From: the human T2T-CHM13v2.0 reference genome, Homo sapiens | Strand: one strand, 5' to 3' | Assembly: GCF_009914755.1 (NCBI RefSeq) | Contig: NC_060928.1 | Length of the DNA: 64,000 nucleotides | Shown here: positions 52,633 to 64,000 of the stretch, piece after piece | Layout: each line of letters opens with the position of its first letter | Numbering within the stretch: position 1 is the stretch's first letter | The notes under the pieces: model-generated | The model's database searches: none | Told to the model about the DNA's origin: nothing | The model's input: the letters and a program-made list of their open reading frames with translations, nothing else | Position numbers and translations under genes: made by a program

Positions 52633-54116
52633 CCCCCTTCCCCCTCCCCCTCTCCCTCCCCCTCTCCCTCCCTCCCCCTCTCCCCACGGTCTCCCTCTCC
52701 CTCTCTTTCCACGGTCTCCCTCTGATGCCGAGCCGAAGCTGGACGGTACTGCTGCCATCTCGGCTCACTGCAACCTCCCTGCCTGATTCTCCTGCCTCAG
52801 CCTGCCGAGTGCCTGCGATTGCAGGCGCGCGCCGCCACGCCTGACTGGTTTTCGTATTTTTTTGGTGGAGACGGGGTTTCGCTGTGTTGGCCGGGCTGGT
52901 CTCCAGCTCCTAACCTCGAGTGATCCGCCAGCCTCGGCCTCCCGAGGTGCCGGGATTGCAGACGGAGTCTCCTTCACTCAGTGCTCAATGGTGCCCAGGC
53001 TGGAGTGCAGTGGCGTGATCTCGGCTCGCTACAACCTCCACCTCCCAGCAGCCTGCCTTGGCCTCCCAAAGTGCCGAGATTGCAGCCTCTGCCCGGCCGC
53101 CACCCCGTCTGGGAAGTGAGGAGCGTCTCTGCCAGGCCGCCCATCGTCTGGGATGTGAGGAGCCCTTCTGCCTGGCTGCCCAGTCTGGAAAGTGAGGAGC
53201 GTCTCTGCCTGGCCGCCATCCCATCTGGGAAGTGAGGAGCGTCTCTGCCCGGCCGCCCATCGTCTGAGATGTGGGGAGCACCTCTGCCCTGCCGCCCCGT
53301 CCGGGATGTGAGGAGCGTCTCTGCCCGGCCGCCCCGTCTGAGAAGTGAGGAGCCCCTCCGCCCGGCAGCCGCCCCGTCTGAGAAGTGAGGAGCCCCTCCG
53401 CCCAGCAGCCACCCCGTCTGGGAAGTGAGGAGCGTCTCTGCCCGGCAGCCACCTCGTCTGGGAGGGAGGTGGGGGGGTCAGGCCCCCGCCCGGCCAGCCG
53501 CCCTGTCCGGGAGGTGAGGGGCACCTCTGCCCGGCCGCCCCTACTGGGAAGTGAGGAGCCCCTCTGCCTGGCCACCACCCCGTCTGGGAGGTGTACCCAA
53601 CAGCTCATTGAGAACGGGCCATGATGACAATGGCGGTTTTGTGGAATAGAAAGGGGGGAAAGGTGGGGAAAAGATTGAGAAATCGGATGGTTGCTGTGTC
53701 TGTGTAGAAAGAGGTAGACATGGGAGACTTTTCATTTTGTTCTGTACTAAGAAAAATTCTTCTGCCTTGGGATCCTGTTGATCTGTGACCTTACCCCCAA
53801 CCCTGTGCTCTCTGAAACATGTGCTGTATCCACTCAGGGTTGAATGGATTAAGGGCGGTGCAAGATGTGCTTTGTTAAACAGATGCTTGAAGGCAGCATG
53901 CTCGTTAAGAGTCATCACCACTCCCTAATCTCAAGTACCCAGGGACACAAACACTGCGGAAGGCCGCAGGGTCCTCTGCCTAGGAAAACCAGAGACCTTT
54001 GTTCACTTGTTTATCTGCTGACCTTCCCTCCACTATTGTCCTGTGACCCTGCCAAATCCCCCTCTGTGAGAAACACCCAAGAATGATCAATTAAAACAAA
54101 CAAACAAACAAAAAAA
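52633..54116 (+). mobile_element. SVA retrotransposon (SVA_D-like), ~1.5 kb, all domains present, short VNTR
   Basis: CCCTCT-like 5' region, antisense Alu-like domain (~52740-53090), GC-rich VNTR (gggaagtgaggagcgtctctgcccggccgcc units, ~53090-53590), SINE-R (gtacccaacagctcattgagaacgggccatgatgac ... cccaagaatgatcaa), A-rich tail. Confidence 0.96.
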
Positions 54117-54818
<702 letters not shown>

Positions 54819-54850
54819 ATGCATTCTAAATATTTAAAAATGCATACTTG

Positions 54851-55500
<650 letters not shown>

Positions 55501-57384
55501 AAACTGCGTGGACAGCTTTAGTATCAAGAGGGCAGAAGTAGAACCAATGGAACAGGGCTCTATTTTAGCTTCATGAGAGATAGAAGTTTCTAATCCTCAT
55601 CATTGGCCTGCTGTGGAAGGGGCTGCCTTGTAATGACAACAGATGTCCCTGGAGACATGCAAACAAGCTAGTCTCGCTAGAAGAAAGAGCATTCTTGCAT
55701 GGAGAAGTGGATTAGATGACCCTTACCTCCTTCCTGGAACTAAGACTTGATTATAGTTGTTTTGTTTTTAGAATAATTGTGATTCAGTTTTGTGACTACA
55801 AAAACAGGTGTGTGTTCATTTTATAACGTTTAGACAATTTTTAAATACCCAGAAGAAAATAACGTCATCTGACTGTTCCATTCAGAGATACCTACTGCTA
55901 GCATTTTGCTACAGAGGCCCCATCAATCTTTTGAATACACATTTCATTCAATTTTGATGAAGTGGGATACTAACAAACATACTGTATTGTACCTGTTTTT
56001 TTTTCCTTTTAAAAATTATTGTATTTTGTACCTGCTTTTTTATTAATCAAAAAACTCTGATACTATGAATGTCTTCCTTGTCATTAAGTATTTTTTGTAA
56101 AACAAGAGGGTGAAAGCTTATTCAGTGGAGGGGGTGGTAGTGGTGATGGGAGGAATTAGAGATCAGTGTTATAAATTCAGAAATAAAGAGAAGTATCTAA
56201 AGTGAGCTCTTCCCACTCCCATCCCTCTACTTTCACTATCTCAAGAAATCTCTGGGATTTTGGTAGCAATATGTGTGGAGAACAAGCCAGGAAAAGGATC
56301 TCTAGTTTGGATGATTGGTGATTGGCTCATAAATTAGGGGCCAGGAGGAATGGAGTGGGTTGGAATTGGGGCCATTCAGATGAATTCTGGCCTGGTCTGG
56401 CCTTGGGACCATTTCTCAGGCTGTCTCTTTCTCTTCCCTGTTTCCCTTTCCTTTTGAAAGGCATCACTACTCCTTCGCACTCACTGGTGTTTGCTATTCA
56501 ACAAATTATTAATGTGGCTGATCTTATTTTAAGGGGTTTATTGCTGATCTTCACAGTTAAAAAACACACGGTAAAATATGGAATGTTTTAGTTTTGTGTT
56601 AGCCAAGTCCCTCCTGATCTGCTTATAGGAAGCTCTCTTTGAATTCTGCCTTCTGCTTTTATTCCCAAGGAAGGAACTAACTAAACACACTTTTCCCCTA
56701 GTCTTTTTTAATTCCTTTTTTTGTGAAGGAGATACTATCTTCTTCCTGTATGGAGAAACCACCCCTTACAGACCCTAGAGGCAGCTAAGTCTCATTGATA
56801 GATATCTCTCAGCATCTGTTGTAACTGCATCCAGATGGGGAGGATCTTATTGTGTAGACACAATGAGAAAATGTTCTATTTTGGACAACCTCCCAAGTGC
56901 CTTTTCATGCCCAGGAAAGTGTTTTGGGGCATCTAGAACAAATAGTCTTGGAGTTACAGAGAGAAGTTTAGGTTGGAGTTACACATTTAGAGAGTTACTG
57001 ATGATATTGTACAAGACAGCATTTAGATTGAGAAGAGACAAGTAAGGTTTGTTAGAACTCTATCCTGGATCCTGGATGTGTGAGCAGAAAGAATTGTAAA
57101 ATAAGATTGAGTTGCTTGAAGTCTGCAGAGAGCCTTTCATGGGAGGTGGTCACTGGCATCATAAAGGAAGCCGACTTCTCTTGGTGTAAGAAGCTTGGCA
57201 GTGATGGCAGAAGGAGACTGGGTGGTAGCGTTTACAGAGAAGAAACCAATGTATTGGGAGAAATGCCTTGTGCTGGGACTAGGGTAGAGAAAATAGATGA
57301 TGAGCCTGGAGCATCCTGTAGTAACAGAAAGGAAAGGGTGCTCGAAACACAAAAGGATGGGGCATGTCAAAGGGGCAAGGAGCC

Positions 57385-57970
57385 AACCTGAAGGGGCTCC
57401 CAGTGGCCAAGGCTGGAACAATTTGATAACAAAATCAATCATGTAGTGGCTTATGACACAAAGTTCAAAGGAAATACCTGTGAGAGCATGCTTATATAAA
57501 TAAATAATTGAATGAGTAAATAAATGGAGAAGAGGCAAATCTTTCTTAGAGAAGAATTTCAAATATGTATAGCTATTACCACCCCTTTTCCTGTGTCTGC
57601 TTCATTCTCTCCCTCCTTTGAAGGGAAAACAGCCAAAACCAGATAGAGGAACATTCTACGGGATAGCCAGCCCAAACTTCTCAAAACTGTCACGAAAAAC
57701 AAGGAAAAACTGAGAAATAATGCAGTTTTAGGATACCTCGGGTTGCATCTTGGACCAGAAAGATGTCATTGATGGAAAAAGTGGTAAAATCAAAACAAAG
57801 TCTAAAGTTTATTTCATAGTAATAGACCAATGTTGATTTCTCAGTTTTGGCAAGTGGTCAATGGTAGTGTAAGATATAAACAGGAAACTGGCTGGGTGGG
57901 GGTATAATCCTTTGCAACTTTTTTGTAAATCTAAAGTTATTCTAAAATAAAACATTTATTAAAAAATAAA
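57385..57970 (+). mobile_element. Old L1M (MC/MD-type) 3'UTR fragment
   Basis: aaataaataattgaatgagtaaataaatgg and tttgcaacttttttgtaaatctaaagttattctaaaataaaa terminus. Confidence 0.65.
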
Positions 57971-57973
57971 CTC

Positions 57974-57996
57974 TGTGTGTGTGTGTGTGTGTGTGT
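57974..57996. repeat. (TG)n microsatellite, ~11 units
   Basis: Direct observation. Confidence 0.95.
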
Positions 57997-58526
57997 GGCA
58001 GAGGAAGTGGGGGAACTTGAGCTTGTTTGTAGACTGATAATAAGTAATTGGTATAATTGTAGGCTAATATCCCTGATTGATCAGGGTATTAGGGTAAGGA
58101 AGGGCATGTTTTATTAATGCACAAATAGGAGGAGATATGGAAAACTGTAGACCAGATCAGGTAAAGAAAAAAACATTGAGTGAAGAGGTAAAGTTGAGCA
58201 GTAATTTGTATACATTTTTGCTTGTATACCTCCTACAAGAATGTTGAAAAACTGTAAATCTTTATTTTTGAACCAAACAGTTGAATCAGATTTATTTTAT
58301 TAGAGAAAGTCTAACTTCTGATGGCCCTATACATCTCATTTCATAATTCTAATTTGTATATAGTCAGGCATAGGCACCTTGCCGCAGGCTTGTTACCTGG
58401 ATGTGTTTAATGAGGATCTATCTATTAATATTGATTTAACCCCGGGGACTCTCCTCCTACAGAGAACTGTTCCTTTGGGGGCCTCAGAGGTATTACACCT
58501 GGAGTAATGCACCATTTTAATATTGA

Positions 58527-60913
<2,387 letters not shown>

Positions 60914-61659
60914 CTGTTTCCTCATATTTAAGTGGTGTCAGATCAATTAACATAGTTCAAAAAGTATAATTTTAATATTATCAATGTTACATTTCTAGCC
61001 TGTGCTAAATGGACATATTATGAGTAAGTGCTATTATGAAGTATTTTTTCAGCAATTATGTCTGATACTAATTTGTTTATAGCATAAATGATCACAGTCA
61101 ATATAGATAAAACAGCAAGAGAAAAATGGGGAAAAACAGCCACCAAAAAATTATTGAGAGTAGACTTTTGCCTGGTTTCCTTGAATATTTACTATTGCAA
61201 AAGAAAATATGCGTACAAAGGTATTTTGTTGTCCGATATAGATTTCTTACAAATGAAAATAAATGTTGGCCAATTATGGTCCTTAGAATGATTCAAGGAT
61301 TATAAATCAAGACTGAACCAAAAACTTCTTAAAATTATTTTCTAAATAAGCATGATCTAGGTAAATGGCTTTCAAATGAAAGCAGACCACAAGCATCACC
61401 TGGAGAATTTATTGAAATGCGTATTCCTGGGACCTCACCCCACAAGGATTCTATTTCAGTAGTTCTGCAACTAGGATCTGGAGTCTGTTTTTAACATATG
61501 CCCCAGGTGGTTTGACCACATTTTGCTAAAACTGAATCTAGGTGCTAAGAGGTTACATGGAATAGCTGTAATATATAACACCTTTAATTAAAAGAAGGCT
61601 CGATGAGTGTGGAGAGGTGAGGGAGACATGGAAGTATTTAGCAAATGATATAGAATAAG

Positions 61660-63402
61660 TTTGCACCTCAATTACTGTGAAACCCAAAGAGCTTTTGTAT
61701 ATGTACATTTTAGATATTATTTACTACATTAAAAATTAAAATTGAGGTATTTAAAATATTTATTTTTAAAACCCATTACATATTGACCTAAATAAAACTT
61801 TTATAAAACCAATTTTCCAAAATTAAAAAAATTATTGAGAAAGAATGGCATTATTTTACATTCATGCAAATCTCTTTACTGTCTGGCTTAATAGAAGACA
61901 GCTAGATTCTCATACAGGTTATCCAAAATGCTTGGGACCAGAATTGTTTTGGATTTCAGATTTTTTCTGATTTTGGAATATTTGCATTATATATTCTTGT
62001 TCCAGTGAGCATTTCCTTTGAGCGTCATGTCAGTACTCAAAAAGTTTTGGATTTTGGAGCATTTTGGATTTCAGATTTTCAGATTTGGGATGCCCAACCC
62101 AAACAGATTGAATCTGATTCTCTATTCAATTTGTTGCAATGTTGTTTTGGTTGAAGTCTATAAAGAAAATCCAACTTCACACAGAAAGAGGATGAGTATT
62201 TTTAATACCTTCTTTGATATTATACCAAAACTCTGTAAGTGTTAGTTTCTTAAAGGTTAATTGCATTGTGGAATCTGAAATGAGCTTTTTAAAAAAACTA
62301 AACCTTTGATACATTAAAATCAGTTGGTCTGTTTTGCACTTTTTTTCAGTGGATCTTTCATCCATGCATGATTTTGGTTTTTGTTTGAGAGAGAGTCTTA
62401 CTCTGTCACCCAGGCTGGGGTGCAGTGGCACAATCTCAGCTCACTGCAACTTCCACCTCCCAAGTATCTGGGATCAGAGATGCGTGCCACTATGCTCAGC
62501 TAATTTTTTGTGTTTTTGGTAGAAATGGGGTCTCACCATGTTGTCCAGGCTCTGGTATCAAACTCCTGAGCTTAAGCGATCTGCCTGCCTTAGCCTCCCA
62601 AAGTGCTGGGATTACAGGCGTGAGCCACTGCACCTGGCCTACCCATGTATGATTCTGTTATACCATTGGTCATTTCAAAACTAAGGCAGATCTTCTCATA
62701 TAACTTTCATCACTGTCACTCTGATCTCATCAGGAAAGTCTTTAAGTATTGGCGAAGCTGGCAAGATTATGTGGCAGATGCAAAAAGTCTTCCAAAATGC
62801 TTGAAAGCTCAAATTTCATCATTGGCAATAAGTACTGTCAATTGTTTTCCTCAAAGAAACAGGCTCAACTTTGTTCATTTTTAATGTCTGCCAGATACCC
62901 AAGTCAGAATAACTACAGTTTGTGAATTGTTCTTTCAAGTAAAAATGGTAGTCCATGAAAAAAAAGCTAGCTCAGCTTGCAACTCAATTACACAAGTGCT
63001 TTTCTTCTAGACAGCCATTGTACTTAAGTGTGCAGTGGACTGCTTCCTGGGTACTTCCCATTTTATCACAAAGAACATCAAAAAGACCCATGCTCAAGGG
63101 TCAAGATTTAATGAACGTAATAATTCTGACTGCTTGCTTCATTAACGACAATCATAAAGGAAACGCTTAAAAAAAAATAACGTGTGGTAGTGAAGAATGC
63201 AGTGACTACTAGTTTCATTTGCTGTCACTGCTTTGGTTAGTGTGAAGGCGCCAGCAGTTTCCCCATAATTGCTTTTGCACCATCAGTGCAAATGTCAGCA
63301 CAGTGAAAAGACAATGTCTTTGTGTTATTCTAAAAATAGTTCTGACCTCTGAGAGGGTCTTGGGGACTCCCAGGAATCTAGTAAACACACTTTGAGAACC
63401 CT
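61660..63402. mobile_element. Charlie1-like hAT fossil containing a MER46/Tigger4a-like insertion (~61914-62103) and an Alu (~62380-62639, -)
   Basis: gcaaatctcttt..tgtctggcttaatagaagacagct, ttttgcaccatcagtgcaaatgtc, terminus cacactttgagaacc; insert has atccaaaatgcttgggaccagaa...ttttggatttcaga. Confidence 0.7.
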
Positions 63403-63539
63403 TGATAGAGGTGCCTTGGGCCTCCCTCCCAGCATTGTCGTTTTAGTGCCAGGCATTAACATGTTTGTATTTCACGACGATTTAGTAATACAATCTGGAC
63501 TATCTCTTTATGAGACGGGCAATGTTGTCATGATTCTAG

Positions 63540-64000
63540 GTAGAAGAACGGAGAGTCCACAGTGCAGGCAGTTATTCAGTATTCATCTAAGAGTCTTCAG
63601 CTCCTCCGGTGTGCTGGTCCCTATGAGATGCTGAAGCACAACCTCCCTCCATCCTTGCTCATCCAAGTATTTTCCTGCTTTTGAGGCACGGCTTAAACGC
63701 TTTCCATGGTCCTCTGAGTAGGAAGTGATTTCGTTTGTGCTTCGTATAGGACTTACTATATTGCATGCTCAAGTTTTTTGTTTGCTTCTTGTCAATCCCT
63801 TCATTGCTTAAGACCAAAATGAGGTACTATTTTTCCTGTAATCTACGTGTAGTCCAAAAAAGGCGGGCTGTTTTGTAAATATTTGTCTCTATGTAAGGAA
63901 ATCAAAACTGAAAGCGGAGTAACACCAAGTATGCCCGTTTCTTGAGCTCAAGCACTGGAAGGATCAAAAGTAGCGAACGTGGTTTACTGCCGCGGTCTTG
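63540..64000 (+). promoter_or_regulatory. Probable upstream shore of a CpG-island promoter (internal AFF1 promoter expected just beyond the window)
   Basis: Non-repeat sequence with visibly rising CpG frequency (aaggcgggct, aagcggag, gcccgt, agcgaacgtgg, gccgcgg). AFF1 is known to have an alternative first exon (MAAQS isoform) within this intron. The position is inferred. Confidence 0.5.

Noticed and set aside
53090-53590. Regularly spaced repeats resembling a CRISPR array (also 9947-10030)
   Set aside because: Tandem units without unique spacers, inside known primate retroelements, with no cas genes.
52765-54086. Overlapping ORFs up to 207 aa
   Set aside because: Translations of the SVA VNTR and SINE-R; SVA is non-coding.

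Overview
Hominid (most likely human) genomic DNA, almost entirely intronic and very Alu-dense. A 74-bp + strand exon at 5886-5959 encodes MAFTERVNSSGN(S), which I recognise from memory as the N-terminus of the long isoform of AFF1 (AF4). The rest of the window is best read as the end of the preceding intron and most of the long following intron, with CpG density rising in the last ~450 bp as if approaching the gene's internal promoter. The most notable object is a young, 5'-truncated, semi-processed TECR retrocopy (6934-7572, - strand). It has a poly(A) tail and a 15-bp TSD, sits inside the tail of an older Alu, has lost its downstream introns but keeps 77 nt of intron-like sequence, and that sequence supplies an in-frame ATG to an undisrupted 166-aa ORF. 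Also present: an SVA_D-like element with anomalous junctions, a 1.7-kb L1PA 3' fragment, MaLR LTRs, hAT/Tigger fossils, about 55 Alu copies, two non-repeat local duplications (~70 bp and ~200 bp), and a uORF directly upstream of the AFF1 start codon. I see no evidence for a novel multi-gene system. Nearly all listed ORFs are repeat-derived noise. Repeat subfamily calls and boundaries were made by eye and are approximate.
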